A stretch of 63,606 nucleotides of DNA, the filler included, from a bacterium (GTDB lineage: Bacteria > JAMORN01): NCBI GenBank assembly GCA_027063545.1. It is 15 parts of 15 records of this genome, joined end to end, with 100 filler letters (N's around TTAATTAATTAA, not from the genome) between each part and the next. Parts side by side here need not be neighbours in the genome. Positions count along the whole stretch, not along the records: positions 47,794 to 51,950 come from JAMORN010000232.1; positions 52,051 to 56,169 come from JAMORN010000233.1; positions 56,270 to 60,363 come from JAMORN010000234.1; positions 60,464 to 63,606 come from JAMORN010000242.1; 11 more parts are not named here. One strand, 5' to 3'. Positions 50,673 to 60,837 of the stretch are shown here, piece after piece (the first letter of the stretch is position 1; every line of letters starts with the position of its first letter). Position numbers and translations under genes: made by a program. The notes beneath the pieces are model-generated. The model ran no database searches. It had not been told where the DNA came from and saw only the letters and a list, made by a program, of their open reading frames with translations.

Positions 50673-51299
50673 ATGTTTTTTTCTACTTTTTTTTCAGAAT
50701 TAAAGAGAAAGTCTCTTCATATATTATCATTAATATTCCCTATTGTTTTACTATTTTTACCTTATGGAAAAGATATTGAAGAAAGGCTATATGGACTTAT
50801 ATATTTAGGAACTTTAGCAATAATTTCAATACTTATAGATATATTAAGAGTAAAAAGTATAAGATTTAAAAAGTTATATTTTAAGATTTTTGGCGATATT
50901 TTGAGACGTCATGAATTAAAAGGTAGATTTACAGGAGCTACAAATTTTTTTATATCTATTTTTTTAGTATATCTTATATTTCCTTTTTTTGATATGAAGC
51001 TTGATTATATTGTTATGGTATATGTAGGCTTTATGATTGGGGATGCTTTTGCCGCTATTATAGGTAAGAGTATGGGACGAATAAAAATAACAAAAAATAA
51101 AACTTTAGAAGGTACTATAGGTTGTATTATAGGATCTTTTTTAACTATTTCTCCATTTATTTTTAACAATTATCATAATTTATATCCAGCTATTTTTATA
51201 AGTATATTGATAGGAATATTTGAGCTAATTACATTTTATATAGATGATAATTTTTTTGTTCCAGTATCAACATTAATAGTATTAAAAATATTTTTTTAA
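50673..51299 (+). CDS. CTP-dependent prenol kinase-like membrane protein (phytol/dolichol kinase, Sec59/Vte5 family)
   Basis: ELKRKSLH, GDAFAAIIG, KTLEG, DDN motifs. Confidence 0.8.
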   Translation: MFFSTFFSELKRKSLHILSLIFPIVLLFLPYGKDIEERLYGLIYLGTLAIISILIDILRVKSIRFKKLYFKIFGDILRRHELKGRFTGATNFFISIFLVYLIFPFFDMKLDYIVMVYVGFMIGDAFAAIIGKSMGRIKITKNKTLEGTIGCIIGSFLTISPFIFNNYHNLYPAIFISILIGIFELITFYIDDNFFVPVSTLIVLKIFF

Positions 51300-51310
51300 T
51301 TTTATAAAAT

Positions 51311-51950
51311 ATGTATGATATAGTAATAGTTGGAGGTTCTGTTGCTGGTCTTTATTATGCTTATAGATTAATAGAAAATTTTCCTTTAAATCAAAAAATT
51401 TTATTAATTGAGAAAAAGTCATCTTTTGGGGATAATGTAAGGTGTGCTCAAGGGGTTTCGTTAAAGTATTTCAAAAAGTATATACCTTTTCATAAGAGAT
51501 ATGTAAAAAACTATATAAATAAAATAGAGATAAAAAGTATAAAAGAGGTTGTTTCTGATTTTATTAATTACAATGAGGGCGTAATTATAGATAGGAAAAA
51601 ACTTGAGTTTGAGTTTGGAGAATATGTAAAAGAAAATATTGACGTATGGTTAGATTCTTATGTTTTTGATGTTAAAAGAGAAGGTAATGGATTTAAGTTA
51701 AGTGTAAAAGATTTAAAAACAGAAGAGATTAAGAGTATTTACACTAAATTTTTGGTTGCAGCAGATGGGGCGGAATCAAAAGTTTTTAAATCATTAGGAA
51801 TAAGAAGAAGTTTTCCATTAAAGGATTTATATATTACTAGTTATAAACTTATTAAATTTAAAAATAAATATTCTAAAAAAGATGTATTAGAGTTTTATTT
51901 TGGAAATGAGGTTGCTCCAGGTGGTTATTTATGGATATTCCCACAAGATG
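51311..51950 (+). CDS. Geranylgeranyl-reductase-family FAD oxidoreductase (3'-truncated)
   Basis: YDIVIVGGSVAG, EKK..G..VRCAQG, AADGAES, APGGYLWIFP. Confidence 0.82.
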
Positions 51951-52050
51951 NNNNNNNNNNNNNNNNNNNNNNNNNNNNNNNNNNNNNNNNNNNNTTAATT
52001 AATTAANNNNNNNNNNNNNNNNNNNNNNNNNNNNNNNNNNNNNNNNNNNN

Positions 52051-52712
52051 TACTTATTGTTTATATAAAAAAGAACTCTCCAGCTCAAAAAGTAGGATTA
52101 AAAAAGGGAGATATTATTAAAGAAATAAATAATATACCTGTGGCTTCCACAAAACAATTTATTGATCTTATGAAAAACTTTAAGGATAGTGTTAAGCTTA
52201 CAATATTAAGAGAGGAGAAATTAATTACATATAAAATTAAACCTGATACATCAAGTGGAAGACCTATTATAGGAATAAAAATTATTGATCACTATACTCA
52301 AAAAGTAAGATATGGACCTATAAAAAGTTTTATTAAATCATTGGAGAAGAATTGGGATATTACTCTTTCTACATTTAAAATGCTAAAAATATTATTCTCA
52401 GGCCAAGTTGGAATCAAAGCAATGGCCGGACCTGTGGGTATTGCTAAAATTACAGGAGATATCGCCCACTTTGGAATCTCTGAAATATTATTCTTTTTAG
52501 CTTTAATTTCAATTAATTTAGCTTTAGTAAATCTTCTTCCTCTTGTTATAACTGATGGTGGTATAATTATGTTCTTAATAATAGAATTAATTTTAGGAAG
52601 GCCAGTAAATGAAAAGATACAAATAATACTTCAGACAATTACTACTTATATTTTGATTGGATTTTTAATACTTATAACATTTTTTGATATACAAAGACTT
52701 TTAGGTAAATAA
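52051..52712 (+). CDS. rseP: Site-2 protease RseP, C-terminal part
   Basis: PDZ SPAQKVGLKKGD, AGPVGI, SINLALVNLLP..DGG. Confidence 0.92.
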
Positions 52713-52725
52713 ATTTAATAAAAGT

Positions 52726-53685
52726 TTAGGCTGAAAAAATATACTTAAATATAACTTTTTTATCTATATAATAAATATTATTGACTATAAGAGGCTTTAG
52801 CTCTTCATCTGTTATAATTCTTTTGATGAGAGGCAAATAGTTATCATTTTTTACTACTTCTATTTTTTCTACTTTTTCCATAATATTTATAAGTCTAACA
52901 CCTTTGTCTTTTATATTACTTATTTTTTCACTAGATATATAACCTATTATATCTCCTTGTTTTTCTATAAATAAATAATCAAAGTTGTCGTTATCTAAGC
53001 TTTTAATAACCTCATTTAAAGAAAGTCTATGATTTTTTATCAAATTTTTAGGTATTTCTTTAGCTATATCTAAAATATGTATCTTATTTAATCTTAAGAT
53101 ATTATCTATTTCATTCTTTGAAATACTATATATATTAGTAAGACCAACAAAAAACTTATAAAAAGGAGATAAAAAAAATGGATCTATGTTATTGTTGTTA
53201 TCAAAAAGTTTTAACACAAGTTTTGACAACTTTTCAAAAAATACCCCAAATGGATATAAAAGATAATATATCACAATAAATAAAGGAAAAGAATATCTTA
53301 CCATTCTATAAGGATATGTCCTATAAATAGATTTTGGGAGTATCTCTCCAAAAATAAAAAATAGTGGTGATAGAAAAAGTATTGAACTTAATGTGGTTAT
53401 AAGTGTATAATAACTTTTTCCTATATTTAATGCTAAAAGTATTTTATATAAATAAATATTATAAAAAATAGTTCCTAATACAATTGTTATATTATTACCT
53501 ATTAAAACAATAGCTATAACTAATTCTTTTTTTTCATAAAGCTCCTTTATTTTCTTAAAAATTTTATCTTCTTTATAATCCGCTAAATAAAGTAATTTAA
53601 TATAATCTATAGAGATAAAACCTGTCTCAAAACCTGCAAAAAAAAAGGAAAAAACTAAACAAATAAATAATCCTATTAATTCCAT
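52726..53685 (-). CDS. CNNM/DUF21 membrane protein with degenerate CBS domains
   Basis: SFFFAGFETG, LIGNN, IFGEILPKS. Confidence 0.82.
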   Translation of the reverse strand: MELIGLFICLVFSFFFAGFETGFISIDYIKLLYLADYKEDKIFKKIKELYEKKELVIAIVLIGNNITIVLGTIFYNIYLYKILLALNIGKSYYTLITTLSSILFLSPLFFIFGEILPKSIYRTYPYRMVRYSFPLFIVIYYLLYPFGVFFEKLSKLVLKLFDNNNNIDPFFLSPFYKFFVGLTNIYSISKNEIDNILRLNKIHILDIAKEIPKNLIKNHRLSLNEVIKSLDNDNFDYLFIEKQGDIIGYISSEKISNIKDKGVRLINIMEKVEKIEVVKNDNYLPLIKRIITDEELKPLIVNNIYYIDKKVIFKYIFSA

Positions 53686-53696
53686 CTATAAACCAA

Positions 53697-55409
53697 TTAT
53701 CTTATATTTTGTAAAATATCCTCTAAAGCCTTCCAGAAATCTTCCACTTTCACCTTTACTCTCTCTTGTGTTTGTCTATTTTTTATTTCAATTAACCCCT
53801 GTTTTAAATTCTTTTTTCCTATAATAATATGAATAGGAAATCCTATTAAATCTGCATCTTTAAATTTAAATCCTGCCCTTGCATCTCTATCATCATATAT
53901 TACTTCAAAACCTTTATCTGTAAGCTCTTTGTACAAATTGTCAGCAAAATTTCTAGTCTCTTCATCTTTTAAATCAAGTAAAATTAAATCAATTAAAAAT
54001 GGTGCTAGTTCTTTTGTCCATATAATACCATTCTCATCATGATTCTGTTCTATAGCCGCTTGAATAACCCTTGTAACTCCTATACCATAACATCCCATTA
54101 TAAAAGGCTTTTCTTTACCATCTTTATCCTTATAATAGGCTTTCATACTTTCTGAATACTTAGTTCCTAACTTAAATATATGGCCTACTTCAATACCCCT
54201 TATTATCTCTAGCTCTCCTCCACATATAGGACATTTATCTGCTGGTTTTACTACATGTATATTTACCCATTCTATATTTTCCGGTAGATCTCTATCCCAA
54301 TAAAATCCTTTATAATGATAATTTTGTTTATTAGCTCCTGTTATACCATCAACAATTGTTCTTACAGAATAATCTACAAAAATCTTTACCTTATCTAAAT
54401 TGGCTCCTATTGGCCCAGCATAACCTTCTATAATATTAGCCTCTTTTAAAGCCTCAAATGTTGCCATCTTCCAAGGCTTTCCTATTATATTATTAATTTT
54501 TGCTTCATTTATTTCATAATCACCTCTTATTAAAAACATATATAAAATACCTTCTTCATCTTCAACTAAAAAAGCTTTCATAAATTTTTCTGGCGGTAAA
54601 TTTAAAAATTCCTCCAATTCATCTATTGATTTTTTATCTGGTGTTTCTATTAATTCTAAAGGTTTTTTATCTTCAACAATAACCTCGTTGAATTTAGTAT
54701 AAGCCTTTTCTACATTAGCAGCATAATCGCAACTTTTACAATTAGCAATCTTATCCTCTCCAGTATCTGCAAGCACCATAAACTCATGAGAATCACTACC
54801 TCCAATATTACCAGTATCAGCCTCAACTACTTTAAAGTATAATCCGCATCTTTTAAATATATTAGAATAAGCCTCGTACATATCATTATAAGTTTCATTT
54901 AAAGATTCCCATGAAGAATGAAAAGAGTAACCATCTTTCATTATAAACTCTCTTGCTCTCATTAACCCAAATCTAGGTCTTATCTCATCTCTTACCTTAG
55001 TCTGTATTTGATATAAATTTAAAGGTAAGTCTCTATAGGAAGATACTTCTGTTCTAACAATATGGGTTATAATCTCCTCATGTGTAGGTCCTAAAGCAAA
55101 TTCTGCATCCTTTCTATCTTTAATCCTCCATAGTTCTTTTCCATATTTATACCATCTTCCACTCTCTTTCCATAATTCTGCTGGCAAAACAACAGGCATT
55201 AACAATTCTATAGCTCCCTTTTTATCTAATTCTTCCCTTATTATTTTTTCCAGCTTTTTTAATGTTCTAAGAAATATTGGCATATAGTTATATATTCCAG
55301 AAGCTAACTTTCTTATAAACCCTGCTCTTATTAAATAAATATGGCTTATTATTTCTGCCTCTTTAGGAGTTTCCTTTAATGTATATAAAAAATACTTACT
55401 CCATCTCAT
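53697..55409 (-). CDS. proS: Proline--tRNA ligase (bacterial type with editing domain)
   Basis: GPTHEE, RDEIRPRFGLMRAREF.MKD.YSF, GIEVGHIF, MGCYGIG. Confidence 0.97.
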   Translation of the reverse strand: MRWSKYFLYTLKETPKEAEIISHIYLIRAGFIRKLASGIYNYMPIFLRTLKKLEKIIREELDKKGAIELLMPVVLPAELWKESGRWYKYGKELWRIKDRKDAEFALGPTHEEIITHIVRTEVSSYRDLPLNLYQIQTKVRDEIRPRFGLMRAREFIMKDGYSFHSSWESLNETYNDMYEAYSNIFKRCGLYFKVVEADTGNIGGSDSHEFMVLADTGEDKIANCKSCDYAANVEKAYTKFNEVIVEDKKPLELIETPDKKSIDELEEFLNLPPEKFMKAFLVEDEEGILYMFLIRGDYEINEAKINNIIGKPWKMATFEALKEANIIEGYAGPIGANLDKVKIFVDYSVRTIVDGITGANKQNYHYKGFYWDRDLPENIEWVNIHVVKPADKCPICGGELEIIRGIEVGHIFKLGTKYSESMKAYYKDKDGKEKPFIMGCYGIGVTRVIQAAIEQNHDENGIIWTKELAPFLIDLILLDLKDEETRNFADNLYKELTDKGFEVIYDDRDARAGFKFKDADLIGFPIHIIIGKKNLKQGLIEIKNRQTQERVKVKVEDFWKALEDILQNIR

Positions 55410-55978
55410 TTTTTATCCTCTCCTTTATTTAATTTTTTATCATTCTTATTTAATTTATTTTTAATATTCTGTTCTAATTCTTTAGTTTCTACCATTTTTA
55501 TTTTATTAAAATCTATATTCTTCATTACCGATAAAGTACCTCTTATATATTTATAACTAATACTATTACGATAACTTTCTTGAGCTTGTTTTGATTTAGG
55601 TATAAAATCATATACATTTAAAAGCATTGAAGTAAAAACAATCCCTAAAATAATACCTAAAAACATGCCTAAAACGTTATCTATCCATTTCAAATGAAGA
55701 AAAGATAAAAATTTTGAAAAAATAATTTGGAAAATTATAAAAGTTATATAAACAACAAAAAATATTATAAGAAAACCTACCACATTTGCAAGTACAATAT
55801 TATTTGAAAAACTATCATAATTTCTTACTAAAAAATCACCTAATATGTAAAAAAATTTAGCTCCTAAAATAATACCCAGTATAAAACCTATAGCATTAAA
55901 TACTATCTTTAATATTCCTTTTACAAGGCCAATTATTCCAAAAATACCTATTATTGAAAATATTATAACATCCAACAT
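55406..55978 (-). CDS. cvpA: CvpA-family membrane protein (start ATG 55978)
   Basis: MLD.II..GLVKG, IDNVLGMFLG; AGGAG RBS before ATG 55978. Confidence 0.85.
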   Translation of the reverse strand: MLDVIIFSIIGIFGIIGLVKGILKIVFNAIGFILGIILGAKFFYILGDFLVRNYDSFSNNIVLANVVGFLIIFFVVYITFIIFQIIFSKFLSFLHLKWIDNVLGMFLGIILGIVFTSMLLNVYDFIPKSKQAQESYRNSISYKYIRGTLSVMKNIDFNKIKMVETKELEQNIKNKLNKNDKKLNKGEDKK

Positions 55979-56001
55979 AACTTTGAAATCTCCTATCACA
56001 T

Positions 56002-56169
56002 TTAGATTAATTCCATTAATATTAAAAATAATACCGCCATTTGAATTATATTATTAAAAGTAACAATATTCGAATATATTCTATTTTCACCTATACTAAA
56101 TTTTTTACCTATTTTTAATTTTTGTAAAAATTGCTGTTCTATTATTGCATCTAAAAAAATTGTAAATCC
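56002..56169 (-). CDS. C-terminal fragment of an unknown membrane protein
   Basis: Open frame GFTIFLDAIIE...QMAVLFLILMELI* from the contig edge. Confidence 0.4.
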   Translation of the reverse strand, partial: GFTIFLDAIIEQQFLQKLKIGKKFSIGENRIYSNIVTFNNIIQMAVLFLILMELI

Positions 56170-56269
56170 NNNNNNNNNNNNNNNNNNNNNNNNNNNNNNN
56201 NNNNNNNNNNNNNTTAATTAATTAANNNNNNNNNNNNNNNNNNNNNNNNNNNNNNNNNNNNNNNNNNNN

Positions 56270-56597
56270 TATAAAACCTAATAAAAGAAATAAAAGTAGC
56301 TATAAAGAAAAAAGTGTTGTTTTAGATAAAGATCTAAAATTAAAAATAAACAACTGGGTAATAGCTAAATTAGAGATTGATAAAATGATTGAAAAAGTAG
56401 AGATATTAAAACAAAAGGGTATTAGTAAAGATTCTATAGATAAAATTATTATAAATGAAAAAAAGAATATTATAAAACACCATGGATTTAGAAATTTGGA
56501 TGAATTTGATAGTGTTTTCTATATAATAGTAAATAACAAAAAGAATAAATATATTGATTCTCTTTTAATTATAAATAAAATAAAAATAATAAAATGA
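56270..56597 (+). CDS. Hypothetical protein (5'-truncated)
   Basis: Frame open from the contig edge; ATGA-coupled to tadA. Confidence 0.45.
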
Positions 56598-57061
56598 CCT
56601 CATTTTCATCTAAAGATATAAAATTCATGAATATAGCTTTATCTTTAGCTAAAATAGCTCTAAATAATGGAGATATACCTGTAGGCGCTATAATAGTTAA
56701 GGATGATTTAATTATTGGAAAAGGATATAATCTCTCAAAACTAAAGAATGACCCAACTTTACATGCTGAAGTTGTAGCTATAAAAGATACTATAAAAAAA
56801 TATGGTATTTATACTCTTAAAGACTCTACGATATATACTACTTTAGAACCATGTATGTTTTGTTTTGGATTAATAAATCAAGTAAAAATAGGCAAAATAA
56901 TATTTGGAGCTTATGATAAAAACAATGGGGTATGTGGAGGCTGGCAGGATTTTTCTTTATTAAAGCCTTTTTATAATAAAGTAATTGTTTTAGGTGGGCT
57001 TTTATCTGAAGAGTCTCAACAATTATTAAAAAACTTTTTTAAAAGTATAAGAAAAAAATAA
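56594..57061 (+). CDS. tadA: tRNA adenosine(34) deaminase
   Basis: IPVGAII, DPTLHAE, TLEPCMFC, LLKNFF..R. Confidence 0.88.
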   Translation: MTSFSSKDIKFMNIALSLAKIALNNGDIPVGAIIVKDDLIIGKGYNLSKLKNDPTLHAEVVAIKDTIKKYGIYTLKDSTIYTTLEPCMFCFGLINQVKIGKIIFGAYDKNNGVCGGWQDFSLLKPFYNKVIVLGGLLSEESQQLLKNFFKSIRKK

Positions 57062-57062
57062 A

Positions 57063-58064
57063 TTAAGCTGTTTCTCTTTCAATAAGATTAGGTTTTAATA
57101 TTAAATTAATACGCTCTTTATTTCTGCCTTCTATTTTGTCTATTATTGAAATTAAAGCCTCTTTACCTAATTCTTGTAAAGGTTGTTTTATAGTTGTAAG
57201 AGAGGGTACTATAAGCTCGGCAGCAGGAATATCATCATAACCTATAATGGCAATATCTTCCGGTATTCTATATCCATTCTTCAGTAATACCTTCATTATC
57301 CCAATAGCTGTTAGATCATTAGCTGCTACAAATAAACTATCAAACTCAAATCCCTCCTCCACCAATTTTTCTCCTAATTTAAGTCCTGAATTTAAATCCA
57401 TAGAAGGAACCTCTATTATATACTTTTCATTAATTGGAATATCATTATTTTTTAAAACTTCCAAATATCCCTTTAATCTATCTTCTACTAATTTATTATA
57501 TATAATACCTATTTTTTTATATCCTTTTTTTAGCAAATATTCAACAGCTTTATAAGCCCCTAATCTATCATTAGAATATATACAATCATACTTGCTACTA
57601 TTAGTAGCTACCAATATAAATGGTAATTCGTTTTCTTGTAAAATTTCTAAAGCTTCTTCTTCTATAGTATGACCTATAATAATAAGCCCATCTGCCCTTC
57701 TTTCACCTATTATTCTTTGAAAAATCTCCTTTAAACTTCTACTTTTATAATAAGATATCATATCAAACAAAATAATATTATAATAAATACTATCATCTTC
57801 TGTGATTCTATCTCTAATACCTCTTAAAACTTCTAAAGCAAATAAAGATGATAAATCTGGTATAATTACAGCTATAGTATTTGTTTTATTGGTAGCGAGT
57901 CCCTTTGCTATAAAGTTAGGATAATATCCTAACTTTTTTATAACAGCCCAAACTTTTTCCTTTGTCTCTTGAGAAATATTTGGTTTATTGTTTATAACCA
58001 TAGATACTGTTGCTGGAGTAACCCCTGCTTCTCTAGCAACATCTGTTATCCTTTGTTTTTTCAT
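57063..58064 (-). CDS. LacI-family transcriptional regulator
   Basis: ITDVAREAGVTPATVS HTH, YYPN..AKGL, IPEDIAIIGYDD, PSLTTI. Confidence 0.95.
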   Translation of the reverse strand: MKKQRITDVAREAGVTPATVSMVINNKPNISQETKEKVWAVIKKLGYYPNFIAKGLATNKTNTIAVIIPDLSSLFALEVLRGIRDRITEDDSIYYNIILFDMISYYKSRSLKEIFQRIIGERRADGLIIIGHTIEEEALEILQENELPFILVATNSSKYDCIYSNDRLGAYKAVEYLLKKGYKKIGIIYNKLVEDRLKGYLEVLKNNDIPINEKYIIEVPSMDLNSGLKLGEKLVEEGFEFDSLFVAANDLTAIGIMKVLLKNGYRIPEDIAIIGYDDIPAAELIVPSLTTIKQPLQELGKEALISIIDKIEGRNKERINLILKPNLIERETA

Positions 58065-58096
58065 CTATCTTAATCCTGTTTTATGTTTAATATTAT

Positions 58097-58933
58097 TTAA
58101 AATATATTTATTAATGAAAAAATTAAAGATTTTGATTTAATATTGTATCCTAATTTGAATTCAATAGACGAAAATTCTGCTTCTACATATGCATCAAAAA
58201 TATTATATATATATAACCCTAATAAATACCACAAATATGTATTTCTTACTTTTATATATTTTACTGCTAAATCTTGGTTAAAGTACTCTATTTTTTCTTT
58301 CCTTAGATCATTTACTAATTTATTATTAAAATAAGCATGCCCTAAAAATCCTATACCTAATAAATAAATAACAGCTGCACTAGAATAACTTTGTGTATAA
58401 ATTTGCCCTAACCCCGGGAATATTGCTGAAAAAAGTATAGCTTTATTACTAGACGCTTCCCTATTTTTTTTATTTATATAACCATCCAGTCCATCTAAAA
58501 AAGAATATACCCATAATCCTGCAGCCCAATATCTATCAATAAATAACTGATAATAACTTAAAAGTCTTTTATACCTATAATAACTTATTAAATAATAATA
58601 ATCATCTGAGGTTAATGTTGCCAAATAAGATGAATCCGGTTGAAAATTTTCATATGTTATAGTGGTATCATTTAAATATTCCCTTATTTGATATGTCCAT
58701 AACATTGTGTAATATATTTGATTTTCCTTATACTTATCCATCATATTATTATAGTTATTATAATCAAATAATAACCAAGAATAACCTAATACAATCATTG
58801 AACCTCTAAAATATTTCTGTGTAGCAAATTGAGGATAAGAAGGTATTAATAATGAAATATATTTTATAGAATTGGAATAAGACATTGAAATCAAAAATAA
58901 AACCAGTATAAAACTTAATAACATCTTTTTCAT
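58097..58933 (-). CDS. Hypothetical membrane/secreted protein with two DUF5683-like units
   Basis: [18 protein letters not shown] and [23 protein letters not shown]. Confidence 0.55.
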   Translation of the reverse strand: MKKMLLSFILVLFLISMSYSNSIKYISLLIPSYPQFATQKYFRGSMIVLGYSWLLFDYNNYNNMMDKYKENQIYYTMLWTYQIREYLNDTTITYENFQPDSSYLATLTSDDYYYLISYYRYKRLLSYYQLFIDRYWAAGLWVYSFLDGLDGYINKKNREASSNKAILFSAIFPGLGQIYTQSYSSAAVIYLLGIGFLGHAYFNNKLVNDLRKEKIEYFNQDLAVKYIKVRNTYLWYLLGLYIYNIFDAYVEAEFSSIEFKLGYNIKSKSLIFSLINIF

Positions 58934-60363
58934 AATAAATATTCTTTTAAATACTTTCCCGTATAAGAATTTTTATTTTTAACTATATCCTCAGGGGTTC
59001 CTTCTGCAACCAAATACCCCCCCTGATCACCACCTTCTGGGCCTAAATCTATTATATAATCAGCATTTTTTATAACATCTAAATTATGTTCTATCACTAT
59101 AACAGTATTTCCATTATCTACTAATTTATGTATAGTATCTAACAAATAGGTTATATCTTCAAAATGTAATCCTGTTGTTGGTTCATCCATAACATATAGT
59201 GTCTTAGAAGTCGAGGGTCTAATTAATTCGGAAGCCAACTTAACTCTTTGAGCTTCACCACCTGACAAAGTATTAGAAGCCTGTCCTAATTTTAAATATC
59301 CCAAACCTACACTTCTCACTACTTCTAATTTTTTTCTAATCTTTGGTATATCATTAAATAACTCTAAAGCTTCATTTACACTCATATTTAATACATCTGC
59401 TATGTTATAACCCTTATACTTTATCTCCAATACCTCATCTGTATATCTATTACCCCCGCATTTTTCACACTTTACAAAAATATTGGGTAAAAAATTCATC
59501 TCAATTTCAATTACTCCTAAACCTTTACAATGCTCACATCTTCCCCCTTTCACATTAAAAGAAAATCTAGAAGGCTTATATCCTCTAATTTTACTTTCTC
59601 TCAAATTGGCAAAAAAGTTTCTAATATCGTCAAACACACCCACATAAGTTGCTGGAATTGATCTTGGATTTTTGCCTATAGGAGACTGATCAATATTTAT
59701 CACTTTATCTATTTTATCATAATTTATTATTTCATCATACTCTAAAACTTCATGATTCTCATTTTTTAATTTATTATATAAAGCAGGAATTAATGTATCA
59801 TTAATTAATGTAGATTTTCCACTTCCACTAACTCCTGTTACAACAATAAATGTCCCTAATGGGAACTTTACTGTTATATTTTTAAGATTATGCCCTCTTG
59901 CCCCTTTTAATATTAAATACTCGTTTGACTTTCTTCTCTTAGAATTATATGAAATAACCTTTTTACCGGATAAATACTGCCCAGTTAAAGAAGAATCAGA
60001 CTTCTTCATCTCATCTAAAGTACCAGAAAAGACTAAATATCCTCCCTTTTCTCCGGCTAATGGCCCTAATTCTATCAAATAGTCAGCTTCTAAAATTGTT
60101 TCCTTATCGTGTTCTATTACTATAACAGAATTTCCTATGTCTCTTAATTGTTTTAGTAAACTAATAAGCCTATCGGTATCTCGAGGATGTAATCCAATAG
60201 AAGGTTCATCCAAAATGTATAAAATACCTACTAATCTACTCCCTATTTGTGTTGCCAATCTTACCCTCTGGGCTTCTCCTCCAGATAACGTACCCATTTT
60301 TCTATTTAATGTTAAATAACCTAATCCTAAATAATCTAAAAAGTATAATCTATCAATTATCTC
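58930..60363 (-). CDS. uvrA: Excinuclease ABC subunit A (5'-truncated)
   Basis: LSGGEAQRV x2, [15 protein letters not shown] zinc finger, DEPTTGLH. Confidence 0.97.
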   Translation of the reverse strand, partial: EIIDRLYFLDYLGLGYLTLNRKMGTLSGGEAQRVRLATQIGSRLVGILYILDEPSIGLHPRDTDRLISLLKQLRDIGNSVIVIEHDKETILEADYLIELGPLAGEKGGYLVFSGTLDEMKKSDSSLTGQYLSGKKVISYNSKRRKSNEYLILKGARGHNLKNITVKFPLGTFIVVTGVSGSGKSTLINDTLIPALYNKLKNENHEVLEYDEIINYDKIDKVINIDQSPIGKNPRSIPATYVGVFDDIRNFFANLRESKIRGYKPSRFSFNVKGGRCEHCKGLGVIEIEMNFLPNIFVKCEKCGGNRYTDEVLEIKYKGYNIADVLNMSVNEALELFNDIPKIRKKLEVVRSVGLGYLKLGQASNTLSGGEAQRVKLASELIRPSTSKTLYVMDEPTTGLHFEDITYLLDTIHKLVDNGNTVIVIEHNLDVIKNADYIIDLGPEGGDQGGYLVAEGTPEDIVKNKNSYTGKYLKEYLL

Positions 60364-60463
60364 NNNNNNNNNNNNNNNNNNNNNNNNNNNNNNNNNNNNN
60401 NNNNNNNTTAATTAATTAANNNNNNNNNNNNNNNNNNNNNNNNNNNNNNNNNNNNNNNNNNNN

Positions 60464-60827
60464 GTTAATAGAAATAGCATCTAAATTAAAGGAGTTAGGG
60501 TTTAGAATTATATCAACAAGAGGAACTCATGAATTTTTAAAGAGACATGGAATATCTTCAGATGTAATTAATAAGATTTATGAGGGTAGTCCAAATATTA
60601 TAGATGCTATAAAAAATAAGGAAATAGACTTAGTTATAAATACTCCTATTGGTAAAATGGCAAAGGTAGATGATAAAGCAATAAGAATAGAGGTTATAAA
60701 ATACAAAATACCTTATACAACAACATTAACAGGAGCTTTAGCAACAGTAAAAGCTATAGAATCATTAAAACGTTATGGAGATTATAGTGTAAAAAGTATT
60801 CAGGAGTATTATAAAAGCAATGGGTAA
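60464..60827 (+). CDS. carB: Carbamoyl-phosphate synthase large subunit, C-terminal MGS domain
   Basis: Manual translation LGFRIISTRGTHEFL..EGSPNIIDAIKNKEIDLVINTP..IPYTTT..VKSIQEYY. Confidence 0.9.
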
Positions 60828-60837
60828 TTAGACTTAC

